This document shows, one piece after another, positions 39,428 through 53,259 of a stretch of 64,000 nt of DNA (positions are counted from its first letter, which is position 1; each line of letters opens with the position of its first letter). The position numbers and the translations under genes were made by a program. This DNA is from Octopus sinensis. Taxonomy: Eukaryota. A model generated the notes under the pieces. The model was not told where the DNA came from, did no database searches, and saw only the letters and a list, made by a program, of their open reading frames with translations. Location: NCBI RefSeq assembly GCF_006345805.1, contig NC_043008.1, forward strand, positions 69,936,001-70,000,000, read 5' to 3'.

Positions 39428-39579
39428 TATATATACAAATATACATATATGTATACATGCATATATAGATATATATATTCATATACATATACGCACATAT
39501 ATATATATATACAAATATGTGCAAAAGTATACACCCACACACATATATGTTGTCAATTGTGGAACAAGACTGTCACTAC

Positions 39580-39621
39580 ATAAACCTGATGATTGTGTAA
39601 CACATAAAAGTACTAGTTTAT
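39580..39621 (+). ncRNA. Compact hammerhead motif with GAAA>AAAA core mutation
   Basis: ATAAAC-CTGATGA(39586)-TTGTGTAACACAT-AAAA-GTAC-TA-GTTTAT. 6-bp stem I. Confidence 0.6.
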
Positions 39622-40843
39622 TTATATACATATATGTTATATATATATATACACATATATATACATGCATATATACATACATTTATTTATATTCTCATAA
39701 ATATATTTACATGCGTTCATACTCACACATGCACACATACATAATGCTTATGATTGGTTTAGTGATCATGGTAAAATGTAGTTTGTTAGTCACCAACATA
39801 AACCTGGCTTGTATAGAATAGAAAACACAGATGGCTCAATAAGTGATCGATAAAGTTTATTAATCAATGCATCAAAGACTGTTCATCCCATATCAAGATT
39901 AGACAGAAAATTTTGATAAGATGACAGGACCTATACTACTCCATTTCAAAAGCAACAACCATTGCTTATGAGGCAGTAATCAAATCTGTAAATGAATGAC
40001 ATAAAAGAGTTTATTAAGTACTACAACTGTTTCGAAAGCACATGAAATGCATTTTATATAACAGTGCATGTGTTCTGTAAATGTCCAGGTGTGCTTTTTT
40101 GCAAAGGTGCATAAAAGTTTTTTTGTCTGCTGCAGAGGAGATGGCAAAAAATTGGCTAGCAGAAAAAAATTAAAAATTAAGAGTGGCGAATGATATTTGT
40201 AAAGAAACAATGGTGTGCTTTACTCATTGATTGCCTTAGTGAGATAGATAGGGGTGTGGTTTCATTTTGTTATCCTACACAAATTCTTGTAGCAGGTGCA
40301 ATAGATTATAATCTCATTAATATATACATGGGTTCAATGATAGTATTGATGAAAAATGATTAATAAAAGCTCATATGGTGAAAAGAAAGACAGCGAAAAA
40401 CATATAAAGAAAAATGACAAAAATAAGGCGATAGTTTAAGGTTATTTGCATGTATACACCCATGGATATACTGGGCTACACTCACACATATAAGAAAGGA
40501 GAGAGAAAAACTATGTAGATGTATGCATACTAAGCATATCAAAATGCTTATTAAAGAGATTATCTATATTGCTAAGGTAATTGATGACTAAAGCCTTCTT
40601 TTGGTTCTTTTGCTGAGTCTGATCTCCACTTCCGTTTTTATAATTTTTTTTCTACTAGCCTAGTTTTAGCATTCTCTTCTGCAGCAGATTATTTCCAAGT
40701 AAAAAGTCATATGTACTCGAGGAAAAAGCACATCTGGACAGTTGCAGGATAATTGTAATGTTATGTAAGATACATCTGATGTACTTTTGAAATAGTTATG
40801 GTTCTTGACAACCTTTTCCATCTCTTTTCATTTACAGCTATTT

Positions 40844-40875
<32 letters not shown>

Positions 40876-42174
40876 AAATAAGAAATATATAAAAGCCCTG
40901 TAAAATTTAGCTACCCAGTGTTTACTGGTCAAAATATTAAATTTATTTTGACATATTTTCTGCATTTGAAGTAATTGAGGTTTGAAGAGTATGTGTATTT
41001 TGGAAAAAGGTAAAAAGAAGAAACATATCAATCAGCAGGATATATGTGTGTGTGTGTGTGTGTGTACATATACTAAAAATTATGTGCATGCTCCCCATTG
41101 GTTAGTGTGTAAATAAAAGCACTAATCACATGTTGTCCACATGTCTCTCTCTCTCCCCATTCCCCAGTGATTCATCTGAAAATTCATTCCACCGGATAAT
41201 CAGCAATGATGAGCTCTGACGATTCATAAATGTTGTATGTTATTCCTCATTTCTTAAGGAAGCCACAGGAAGCAAGTGTGATAAGTTGTAAATGAAGTGT
41301 GTATGTCTTATTTCTGTTAATCTATTAATATTATTAAAGGTCTCCCTTATCTACCACAACTCTGCGTGTATGATCTCTCTATTGGACACCTTGCAAACAC
41401 AACCAGTTATATGAATGACTGTTCTCTCTGTCTGTCCCTTTCTATTACTTCATATGCTTCTATCTCTTGTACTCTTCCTACCAACCATTTCTCTCTCTCT
41501 CTTTCCCCCTCTCTCTTTCTCTCTCCTTTCTCTCCCCACTCTCTTTCTCCCCTCATACCTATCACTGAAAATTCAGATCATGTTCAGCATTGGTGTCTCA
41601 TAGATATAGGCATATTTAATTACCTTTTCTCAACAAAACTATATTGAGCAAATATGCTTAGCAAATATTTATTATTTCACTTAATTTCCTTAATATTAGG
41701 GGTTTCCTGTAACCAATAAAGATTGTGTATGTGCTCCCTGTGTTGGACACTGTACAAACAGCTAATCAATGAGTGGTGGCTTCCATACTCTCTGTTCAGC
41801 TTGCTAGCTAACTTCCTCTGCTACAAAGTATTATGGAGACAAGCCCTTCCATACACTCCTTGTACCATGGGAATAGCTTTAATCTAAGCCTTCTATTCTA
41901 CACTGTATAGTGTACTCCTGACAAACTGTAACAGTTGCAACTGGTTGCTGAGTATCCTAAAAAACATGACCCCAGAGAAATACCAAAACACAACCAATCT
42001 AGGAATTCGTGGGTCACACTGCAAACTCTTGGTAGTATTGCACCACATTGTGGGCACTCCTTGAACCATATATAAGTGTGTGTGCATGTGTGTGAGTATA
42101 TATATATATATGCAAATATGTATATGTGCACTCTTCATCATCATCATTTACCGTCTGTTGCCCATGCTTGTTTG

Positions 42175-42475
42175 CTTACTCCTTCTTGGGCCATGCCTGA
42201 CTCATAAGGGCTGGTTTCCCAGTTTCCTTGGTATATAGGTTTCCCACCTGGACAGGATGCCGGTCCGTCGCAGGTGAGCTGCAAGTTGCAGGAGGAAAGA
42301 GTGAGAGAAAGTTGTGACGAAAGAGTCAGCAGAAGTTTGCCATTATCTTCTGCTGGAGCCACGTGGAGCTTAAGTGCTTTGCTCATAAACACACACATTG
42401 CCCGGTCTGACATTCGAACCCGCAATCCCTCGACTGTGAGTCCGCTGCTCTAACCACTAGGCCATGTGCCTCCAT
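42175..42475 (-). mobile_element. tRNA-derived SINE (A-related), young, nested in a family D tail
   Basis: Minus-strand head GGAGGCACATGGCCTAGTGGTTAGAGC...GGTTCGAATGTC. Apparent TSD TGTTGCCCATGCT at 42156 and 42475. Confidence 0.85.
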
Positions 42476-42901
42476 GTTGCCCATGCTGGCATGGGTTATG
42501 TGTATATAAACAAGTTACATGACCTCTTCTGCTCACATATTATTACATGTGAATATTGTCATCAAGCTACCACTGATAAAGAATAACATGAAACTACCAT
42601 TTCAAAGAAAATCTTCCTTCAAATCATATCTCTTTGAATGATGCACAATTTAGCATGAAGTTTAGTAGCATAAAATGTAATATGTATATATTATATTTCT
42701 AAAAATATATTCACCCTACACATTTTGACTATTCATAGACACACGCAAACACATGCATTAAATGACGATAATGTGCATATACATGAGTGTGTATGTTTGC
42801 GTTTGGGAACTCATGTGAGTACATATGCATCATATGCCTACATACATACATAAACATGCACACATATGCATATCAACCAACCAACTAGAGATTTTTCATG
42901 A

Positions 42902-42987
42902 AACTCTGATGAAGTGAAGACGTAGAAAACTTACCTGGCCCAGACTACTTAATCCAACTATAATCTTCACTGAAACATGTGTAAGAT
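42902..42987 (+). ncRNA. Minimal type I hammerhead ribozyme motif
   Basis: CT-CTGATGA(42906)-AGTGAAGA/TCTTCACT perfect 8-bp stem II-GAAAC(42972)-ATGT-GTA(42981)-AG. Followed after ~45 bp by (TA)n. Confidence 0.7.
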
Positions 42988-43035
42988 GACCTCATGAAAT
43001 AATTTATGAATTGATTGTCCAGTTTGGTTTATATA

Positions 43036-43068
<33 letters not shown>

Positions 43069-43070
<2 letters not shown>

Positions 43071-43780
43071 GAACAAAACGCCCCACCCCCACGTCCAATG
43101 GATGGTGCTGAGTTGTCAAACATTTAAACCAAATTTTCTCAAAACAAATTGTCCGACCATCCCATAGGCCTCCCGTTTGAGAAACACTTATTTAACCTAA
43201 ATTTGAGACACCAGCAAAAGAAGAAATAAAAATAGACTTCTTTTCTATTCCAAAGAAAAACGATTTTATTCACACAAATATGCAACTGAAGAGTTTAAAG
43301 TAGCAGTAATGATAAGGCTGTTGACTGGGAGAACACAAATATGGTTTAAACAGTAAGCTTGGCAGGAAAGAAACGTGCCTTTAAGCAGTACAAAAACAAA
43401 AAAAAAATGGAAGGTGCAGTTATGTACAGGTTGACGGAAGAAAGGCAGGACAAAAACGATGCATCCAAATGGGTTAGCTCGAGGTAAATTTAGATGGAAA
43501 AGCATGATGATATTTTTGTGCAAACTATATGTGCATTTTTCTCACGTATGCATAGTATCGATTGCAACAGCTGATGTACTTGTGTGTACAAATGCACATT
43601 CCCACGGCTTTATCAATTGCATTCTCACCTGGAATCGATTTTTGTAATATTTTTCAAGACTTCTACATGCTCTGATACTGTCGGTATCTACATGTAAAAT
43701 TTGAGTGCAATCGGATGGAGGATACCCGAGATCCTAGAAGACACACACACAAACAGACAGAATGGATTTTATATAATAGA
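43069..43780 (-). mobile_element. Non-autonomous Helitron-like element
   Basis: Minus strand begins A|TCTTATATATAAAA followed by GTCT/GT repeats, like the Helitron at 3706. The 3' end is GC-rich but the CTAG is degenerate, so the left boundary is approximate. Confidence 0.55.
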
Positions 43781-43899
43781 TATATAAATGGAGTTAAATG
43801 CAGGTGTTATTCAAATTCTTTTACTTCCGACACATGGCAGTATAGGCAGTAATGTGCAATGTTTTACCAAAAGGAAAGCTATAATTGCCATTAGATATT

Positions 43900-44048
43900 A
43901 CTAAGGGTGTTAGAAACACCTACATTGCTCAAAATAAGAGCTAAACCGGGCAATTACAAACCCTGTTTGTATGTATACAATTACGTGGTTTGACTGCAGC
44001 ATTAGAGCATTTATTTCCAGCGATGTAGGTGTTTCTAACACCCTTAGT
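43900..44048. repeat. Fold-back element with 38-bp arms
   Basis: ACTAAGGGTGTTAGAAACACCTACATTGCT (43900) vs AGCGATGTAGGTGTTTCTAACACCCTTAGT (ends 44048). Followed by (TA)n. Confidence 0.85.
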
Positions 44049-44049
44049 C

Positions 44050-44089
<40 letters not shown>

Positions 44090-44689
44090 ATTCATACATA
44101 TATACATACACACACATATATATATGTTACACACACCTTTTTAAAATATATGCATGAGCATGGTTATAAAATTTCATAGCTTCTTATTACATTTGCTGTT
44201 TGTGCTGTATCAGTGTTTCAAAATGTTTTAATATTATACATGATTGTTTTGCTATCATATGTTGTAAAATCATTATTATATATATTGTAATTCTTTTCAT
44301 TCATTCTTAATAGTGTTGGCATTTCATGTCTTTATCTCTATTGTAAATTTTGCTTGGAGAAGAAGGTGAAGAGGAAAATTTAGAATCCAGTAAAATTTAT
44401 TGAAATTTGAGTGAAAGTGGTGATTATGGTACATATAAACTGGCCTGCTCCCAGCATCCTTTTGTTAGTTGCATTGATAGCTGGGAGTGGGTTATCTTTT
44501 CAGAGTCTGATTAATTTAGGATCTGTGGGGTTCCTAGATTGATGCTTAACTGGTAGCCCTATTCTAGGGACATTATACTGCTTAATCAATTCTATGTTAA
44601 CACTTTTTTAATAACTTGACTATGCAGTGTGTCCTAATTCATTGTCCTTGTGGAAAATAGAGAAATCATCATTGTTATTGTTTTATGGA

Positions 44690-45575
44690 TGATGGAATGA
44701 CTGAACCAAAGTGTCAAAGAAAATACTTAGCTATATTTTTTCCGGCTTTCTATGTTCTGAGTTCAAATTCTGCCATTTCAGGATGAATAAAATAAGTCCC
44801 AGTTAAGTATTCAGGTTGGTATAATTACTCTCCCCAAATTACTGGCCTTGTACCAAAACTTGAAACCACTGTTGTTATTATTATCATCATCATTATTATT
44901 ATTACTATTATTATTATTATTATGGGGGCGAGCTGGCAGAATCGTTAACATGCCAGGCAAAATGCTTAGTGGTATTTTGTCTGCCTCTACGTTCTGCATT
45001 CAAATTCTGCTGAGGACGACTTTACCTTTCATCCTTTTGGGGTCGATGAAATAAGTACCAGTTATGCATTAGGGCCGATGTAATCAACTAGCCCACTTCC
45101 CCACCAAAATTCTCAAAGCCTTGTGCCTAGAGTAGAAATAATCAACATTGTTATTATTATTAAGATGGTGAGCTGGCAGAATTGTTAGCATGCCAGGGAA
45201 ACTGCATAGCGGTATTTCATCTGCCGCTACATTCTGAGTTCAAATTCCACCGAAGTCAACTTTGCCTTTCATCCTTTTGGGGGTCGATGAAATAAGTACC
45301 AGTCGATTAAATAGTACCAGTTACGCACTGGGGTCGATATAATCGACTTAATCCGTTTGTCTGTCCTTGTTTGTCCCCTCTGTGTTTAGCCCCTTGTGGG
45401 CAGTAAAGAAATAGGTATTTCATCTGCCGCTACATTCTGAGTTCAAATTCTGCTGAGGTCAGCTTTGCCTTTGATTAAATAAGTATCAGTGCCACACTGG
45501 GTTGATGTAGTTGACTTAATCCTTTCTCTCAAATTTGAGGCCTTGTGCTTCCAGTAGAAAGGATTATTATTATTA

Positions 45576-45617
<42 letters not shown>

Positions 45618-46065
45618 GAAGGCAGTGAACTTGTGGAATTGTTAACTTGAAAGGCAAAATGATTACTAGCATTTCATCAGTTTTTATGTTCTGAATTCAA
45701 ATTCTACCTCGGTTGACTTTGCCTTCCATCCATTTGTAGTCAATAAAATAAGCACCAGTTACATGCTGGGGTTGATGTAATCAATTTAACAACTCCCCCG
45801 AACTTGCTGGCCTTGTGTCAAAGTTTGAAACCATTATTACTAATGAGGGGGAAAGCTGGCAGAAGTGTTAGCACACTGGACAAAATGCTTAGCAACATTT
45901 TGTCTGTCTTTCTGTTCTGAGTTCAAATTCTTCTGAGGTCTACCTTGCTTTCATTTATATGAAATAAGGACCAGTTGTGCACAGGGGTCGATGTAATTGG
46001 CTAACCCTCTCCACTAAAAAATTCTAGGCCTTGTACTGATAGTCAAAGGGATTATTATTATTATT
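44690..46065 (+). mobile_element. Head-to-tail array of 6-7 SINE B units joined by (TTA)n
   Basis: GTTCTGAGTTCAAATTC-like motif at ~44755, 44992, 45232, 45435, 45688 and 45913. Confidence 0.9.
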
Positions 46066-46910
46066 ATAATTTGTTTTCCTTTTAAATTTGCCTTATATGC
46101 AATGACTACTGAGTATCAACTAGATTGTCATATATTGTGAAGTGGGCAATCCTAAATTGGTTTTGTATACAAATAAGTCTGCAGGTCAATCGGTGAAACG
46201 ATGGTCAATTCATTGATGATGTAATCTCTCAGTCTCTCTCTAAAAAAGAATTTTGTTTGAGACATTAGATTTCTTTTCTTCCTCATGGCATAAAACATTT
46301 ATTCCTGAGCTTGAATTAATTGTAATATTATTTACTGACATCTTACCTCACCAATTTCTTCTGATTCTACCATTTTGTTTGTGATGTATGCTCTTTGGTC
46401 TTCAATAGAAATATTTTCTTGATTTTCCACTCAAAGAGAGAAACCTCTTGCTGAGGCTGCTGCTGCTGGTGCAGTTACTGTTTCTAAATTCTAAATGCAT
46501 CTCCAAAGTCATTATTAATCTTCTAGAAGTCAAGATCTATGGTAGAATATTTAAACTAATTCATAGGAATGTATGAAGTTGTGAAACCTTATTTTCTTTT
46601 AATTCATAAAAAAAAAATTAAAAAAAGATTTTTTTCAATGTTGTTTCATAAACAGCAACAGGAAAAAAATATAACAAAAAAAAATAAAAGTTACTTTGTT
46701 TCACTTTTTAAAAATTTTATTTACTTTTTTTTTTTTACAATTAGTCTCGAAAAAAATTTTGATAAAAGAAACATTTATAAACGTTATGAATACATATTAA
46801 AATATAACTGACTTTACACAAATAACAAAGCTAGACTTAGCCAATACTTATTTACATTTCAATGGCCAATGGTGAATATATTGCTGCGACTCTATAACTG
46901 AATATACATT

Positions 46911-46953
<43 letters not shown>

Positions 46954-49269
46954 ACTAACAAATAAAATAAAATGATGATAATAAAAAAAGGTGATTGTGT
47001 TTTTATTTGCGATTAGTTTATATATAGAAGTATTTGCATATTCTCCTTTATTATCACAGTCCTGTTTTATTTTCTGTGTTCTGTTACAGACAATAAGCAG
47101 CTATCTATGACGATTGTCTGTTGGGACCCTTCCAAAAGATCTACTTAATCTTTGTTTGGAGGGAAAGTTTGGGAATTTGAATAAGTAAAGTTGTAAAACA
47201 ATGTTGTCAGATGTAGGAGATGATTTTAGTAGGTATATATCATGTAAAGGAAAAGGGTGGTGGTAGGTGGAAGTGGAGCTAGAGAGAGAGAGAAGGAGTT
47301 GAAGGTGGTGGGGTATAAGAGGAATATTTTATTAGTTTGGATAATAATGGTAAAGAATGGTTGTGGAACCAAGAATAGAGATAGACATGCTTACCGTAGG
47401 TAAATGAATAGACACATGGATAGATAGATAGATAGATAGGTGTTTGTGTGTGTATGTGAATATATATATGTAGTTAGATAAATAAGTTGACACATAGACA
47501 GGCAAATAAATAGATGATTAGGTAGAATAGGTATAGATAGATAGATGAAAAGACTGATAGCCTGAGCTATAGATATTTGATACACAGATGGATAAATTAT
47601 TTCATTCCTTAGGTAGTGGCCAACTTCGGGCTATGGTAGAAGATGCTTGCCCAAAGTGATGTGCTGTGAGAATGAAACCCCACATTACATGGTTGTAAAT
47701 CAGAACTTCTTAACCCATGGCAACGTTGGCATGGGTGAAAGCTTGCTAGATAGATAGATACATTATATGACTGTCTGCAATAATTTAGTTCAGAAGCAGC
47801 TATATACAAGACTATATACAATTAGGAACTGGTAATTGACAGAAGAAAATGGAAAAAAAAGATACATGAAAGAGAAATAGCTGTACATAAAAAAAATATC
47901 TATCTATATATAAAAATATATAAAAAAAATAAGTACCTGACACATTTGATGTTAGACAATCAGAAATAGCAATTTTCTTATCTGAAAATGTCTTCTGGAA
48001 GATTCCTGCTTATATACACACAGAGTTAAGTAATATTAGTTAATTACAAAGTATATTTTCTTACGATGTGTTTAGAACATGCACCCACATATGTTCACTT
48101 GCAATGCCTACAGACAAAGCACACAATTGCAGCTACACGTGATGCATATATATATATATATATATATTTGGGCATTTATACTTACATACACAAACACGAT
48201 CTGTCTGCATGTATGTGCTCTAGGATGTACAGACGCGAGAAATAAATATTCAGTACATGTAGTAAAATTTATTTGTTTATTTATTCAAAGCCAAAATCTC
48301 CATGCCACTTACACACCCAAGTTACCCATTCTTACTATATTCCTCAGGTGTCTTGAAATACACGATAGAAATGGAGAAATGGGGAAACATGCACTGGCTA
48401 TGGTACACTGTAGACTCAGTGCCATATATATATATATACATATATATATATATGTGTGTATATATATATGTATGCATATATATATATATGTATATATGTA
48501 TTCAAATATATAAGTATATATATATATGTGTTCGTATGCATATATGTATTATGCGGTAGTGTCTCAGCAAGTAGAAATGCACCTAATCAACTAAGAGAGT
48601 AAAGATAATCTCAAAATAAAAAAAACAGAAATTTGGTAAATGGTGGAATAAAATTATTATTTTGACCAGAAATGCTGGGTAGCTGTATCTACAAGATTTG
48701 TATTTCTTTTAATCATAAGATTATATATATATATATATACATTATATATATGTTTGTATGTGTGTATATATATGTATATATATACTCACACATATACTTA
48801 TATATAAATAATCAGAAGAACTAGAATATGCAAATTAGTGCTTCATATATATATATATATTTTTGTTGTGCAAGATTTTTTATGTGAAGTCGTGTGTTGA
48901 AACAGATATTGTTATATTTCAGAATGGTCATTTTGCCAGTTTAGCCAATAAAAACACACGCACTATATATTTGGTGTTATTTTGCTTCAGTGTTATTAAT
49001 GATACCTCCTGTTACCCAGGAGGTATCATTAATTTCTAATCTTCCATGGAAACGTAGCCAGTTATGGGGAAATATTACCTCATTTAGAAACAAGTGAGGT
49101 TTGGTGACTAGAAAAGCCTCCAGCCATTGCAGATCTGTCTCAGCAAATTTCATCTGACCCATGCAAGCATAGAAATTGCAAGTTAAAGTGATGATGATTA
49201 TGATGATGACAATAATGAAGATTATTATGATGATTATGATGATGATATTCTAAATGTAGAGTATCTTTT

Positions 49270-49570
49270 ATCTTTTACTTATTTTAGTCATTGGACTATG
49301 ACTATGTCGGGGCACTGCCTTGAAGAATTTTTACTTGAATGAATTGAACTTAGTACCTATTCTTTTTAAGCCTGGTACTTATTCTATCAGTCTCTTCTGC
49401 CATTAAGTTATGGTGATATATGCAAATCAACATGAGTTATCAAGCAGTGGTAGGGGACAAACACAAAGATACACACACATGCGTGCACACATCTGCATGC
49501 ACACACACACACACACACACACACAAATATATATACATTCTTTGGGCTTCTTTCAGTTTCCACTTACTAA
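49270..49570 (-). mobile_element. SINE family C, 3' part
   Basis: Colinear with 4320-4620. Confidence 0.8.
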
Positions 49571-51942
49571 AGCCAGAGAGTTGCACCAGACTCCAATCTG
49601 TTTTGGCTTGTTTTCTATGACTAGATGCCCTTCCTAACACCACCCACTCCAATAGTGTACTGGGTGTCTTTTATGTGTTACTGGCATGGGTACCCTTTAT
49701 GTGTCCCTAGCATGAGTATCTTTCATGTATCACTGGCATTGGCCATGACTACGAATCCACCTACCTTGACATGTTCTTTCCAAGCACAAGAAATCACCAT
49801 ATCACAGGCATGAAGAATATTTAAATGTTACTGAAATAAAGACAGTAAACGGTGAAATAAAAGAAATTCCCTGTTTATTTCATTGGAGTAAAATTTATTA
49901 TGAGTCAATGAGCTAAAATTTACCAGTGTGATATTCATCCATCTTTTCTGCTCACTATTCTTGGAAGGGCCATGGGAGCAGGGACTTCAGGCACCTCCCC
50001 TATAGGGACCTATCAGAAGCAAGAGTCATTACACTTTCTGGTTAGTTTCCCAAGTATTACAAACTATAGGTATTATCCTGTTGTCTTCTTCTTGGTCTAT
50101 CTCTTGATGTCCTATTGGCTCACCTTGAAGAATCCATTTTGGGGTTCTTTTCTGTGATATAATAATTGTATGTCTTGAGTAGCAGAGCTATGACGTCTTA
50201 GTGTGGAGAATTAACGATTTAACCCACAGAGGTTCCCTAACCTCTTCGTTATTTGTTTGTTAATTATCCTATACTAATGGAAGTTAGAGGTGGTAGAGTG
50301 GATAAAATGTCTTGCAGTTGTTAGTTTTGTCTCTTTATTTTCTTAGTTCAAATTCAACCATAGTTTATAGCTGACATTAAATTTTATTTATCTGAAGTTT
50401 AATACTAGATGTATCAGCCAAAGTACATCAATTTTTTTTTGGTGTATTTCAATCATCATTTCTATGCTTATGTTGTGTAGTATTGCCCACTTCTTCCCCA
50501 TCAAATTTATAGCCTTGTACAGAAGCTGTAAATTATATTATAGTCTTTCATTCAGTTTGCATCTCTTCTATTCTCTTGTCATGTTTTTAAGCAACGCAGG
50601 TATTCTACATGCCTCAGTAAACTCTTAAACATTGACAAAGCTTCTGATAGAATTAACTAGCATTAGACTTGGCATTCAACTTCAGAATATTTTATACAAT
50701 GTGTATTTTTATAAATCTTTCAAACCCTTTCCAAAAATATTTTTAAAGATTATTTTAAGAATTAGATTTGTTTTTTGTTTGTTTCGGTAAAAGATTTAGC
50801 TGGAATTAGAGAAACTAGACCCAGTACATTTGCATCATGTTCTGAACTTGCAAATTCTCCGTACACTGGAAAACTTCCCTTACATTGGCAACCTTCCTAG
50901 ATGTGAAAATATTTAAAGATATATTACCTTTTCTCCTTATTAAAGAATAGAAAAGTAAAAACTTTGTGTGAATTCATGAATATACAATTATTTTTCACCC
51001 TTTTTATATCAGAAGATTCCTCTTTCAGCAAACTTGTGAGATATTATTTAATATCGTTTAAGAGATAAAGATATCAAATTGGTAAAATGTAATATAATTC
51101 CAGATTCATTCTAATATCTGAAATTATATTCTTGTAATCAGTTAGTAACATCTAGAATCTGTGAAATTATGGTTCAATTTTAGAGAATCACATTATTACT
51201 ATTATTATTATTGTTATTATTATAGCATTTATACGACACAACAATACCTTACAGTTTTGTTAATTCAAAAATGCATTTTTTCTATTTTTTCTCTTTCTTT
51301 TTTTCTAATTCTAATTTCTCTTGAGAGAATTCTTACTGAGATATTTCTTTTGATAGAACAGAACTCGGTATCCTGGTGCTGATTTTTTATTTTATTTTTT
51401 TATTGCTATCTCATTTCTTAAAATCTTCCTATAATCTTGTAATGCTTTACTTCTTTTTTTCCTGCCAGTTTATGATTTCAAACTTTCTGAGTTCAAATAC
51501 TGCTGAGGTTAACATCACCTTTCACTCTTCAAGGGTCAGTAAAATAAAGTACTGGAGGGTTGATATGATTGGCTATACATCCCACTGCCATATTTGAAAC
51601 CTTGTCTCACAGTGAGGAATCTCTCAGTATTTCAGATACTAAGATACAAAGTTTGGAGATTAAGAAGTTTATTTTGTGCTTTCATGGTTTCAAGTTCAGA
51701 TTTGTGTGATGCTTTGAACAAGTGTCTTTTACTATAGCTTAAGCTAACCAAAGCCTTGTGAGTGAATTTGATAGATGGAAGCTGAAAAGATCCCTGTTGT
51801 ACATGTGTGTGTATATGTATCATCATCATTTAAAGTCTGCTTTCCATGCTGTCATCTATCTATCTACATACCCATCTACCTGCATACCTACCTACCTCTG
51901 ACGGTCTGTCTGTCTGTCTGTCTATATATATGTATATATATT

Positions 51943-51982
<40 letters not shown>

Positions 51983-52404
51983 TTATAGTCTGTATGTGTA
52001 TGTCTTCGTATTGTGTGCTAGTTGCAAATAAATATTATCATCATACAAGTGGTGTCATTTGGTTGCAATATTCCATGAAAAGTCATCTGGACTACTGGAC
52101 TAAAAGAGAACATTACCTTACAGGTGAAGGTTGGCAACAGCAAGAACATTCAAACATAGTAAATTTGCTTCAATGAATTTCATCTAGAAAAGCAGATGTC
52201 AAATGATAATGGTGATGATGATGATGATGATGGTGATGTTTGCAACAGATGATGATGATGACATTTGTAACAGTGACATCCAAGAAGTCCTACACATTAA
52301 ATATAGAAGTCTTGGTTTCATAGATGTCAGGATCTTCCTATACAATCCGAATAGAAGTAGTTCAAAGATGTGTGAAAGCACAATGCTTTTTATCTTTTTT
52401 TTTC

Positions 52405-52797
52405 TTTTTACTTGTTTGTTATTAGACTGTGGCCATGCTGGGGCACCACCTTGAAAATTTTTAGCTGAGGGAACTGACTCTGGTACATATCTTTTATTAA
52501 ACCTGGTATTTATTCTATTGGTCTTTTTTGCCGAACTGCTAGGTTACGGAGTCATAAACACACCAACACCTGTTGTCAAGTGGTGGTGGTGTGGGGCAAG
52601 AACAGATATGAAGTCTCACACACATATGCACACACACACATGTTAGGCTTCTTTTAGTTTCCCTCACCAAATCCACTCACAAGGCTTTGGTTGGCTTCAG
52701 GTTTTAATAGAAGATGCTTGACCAAAATGTCACACAGTGGCACTGAATCTGGAACCATGTAGTTGGGAAATAAACTTCTTATCACATAATCATGCCC
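52405..52797 (-). mobile_element. SINE family C, full length
   Basis: Colinear with 4320-4757. Confidence 0.85.
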
Positions 52798-53002
52798 AAT
52801 TGTTAAGAATTCCTTTACACCCAACCCAGCCAACACTTCAGCCCCACTTTCTCCATCTTCAGAACCTTTCCTACTTCAGCCCCAATATTCTTCTTTCCCT
52901 GCTCTCACAACTATTTTCCAAGTGGTTCCACAGTGGTTACTCTCACACCACTTATTGTACAAGTCCATGGTCAAGTAACCCAACAAAAAAACGACAGTAA
53001 AA

Positions 53003-53050
<48 letters not shown>

Positions 53051-53259
53051 AACCCTGAAATCCCATACTCCTCTTTGCCCCACCACTAACAAACTCTGAG
53101 TAAATCAACCATAAAACAAACAACATTTTACTTCTATTATTTGTGCTTTGCTACTCAATCATATTAACACATTATTACACATCAGAACAGCTGATTTCAC
53201 AACAGATAGCACTGTAGCAGACTCTCTTAACCTTTGCAATGTAGTATTGGCAAAGCATC

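Noticed and set aside
40685-40764. Possible exon (polypyrimidine tract, CAGCAG acceptor, GTAAGA donor)
   Set aside because: No recognisable peptide. Such signals are common by chance and need RNA-seq evidence.
46835-46875. Two CCAAT boxes as a promoter
   Set aside because: Short motifs expected by chance, with no downstream gene evidence.
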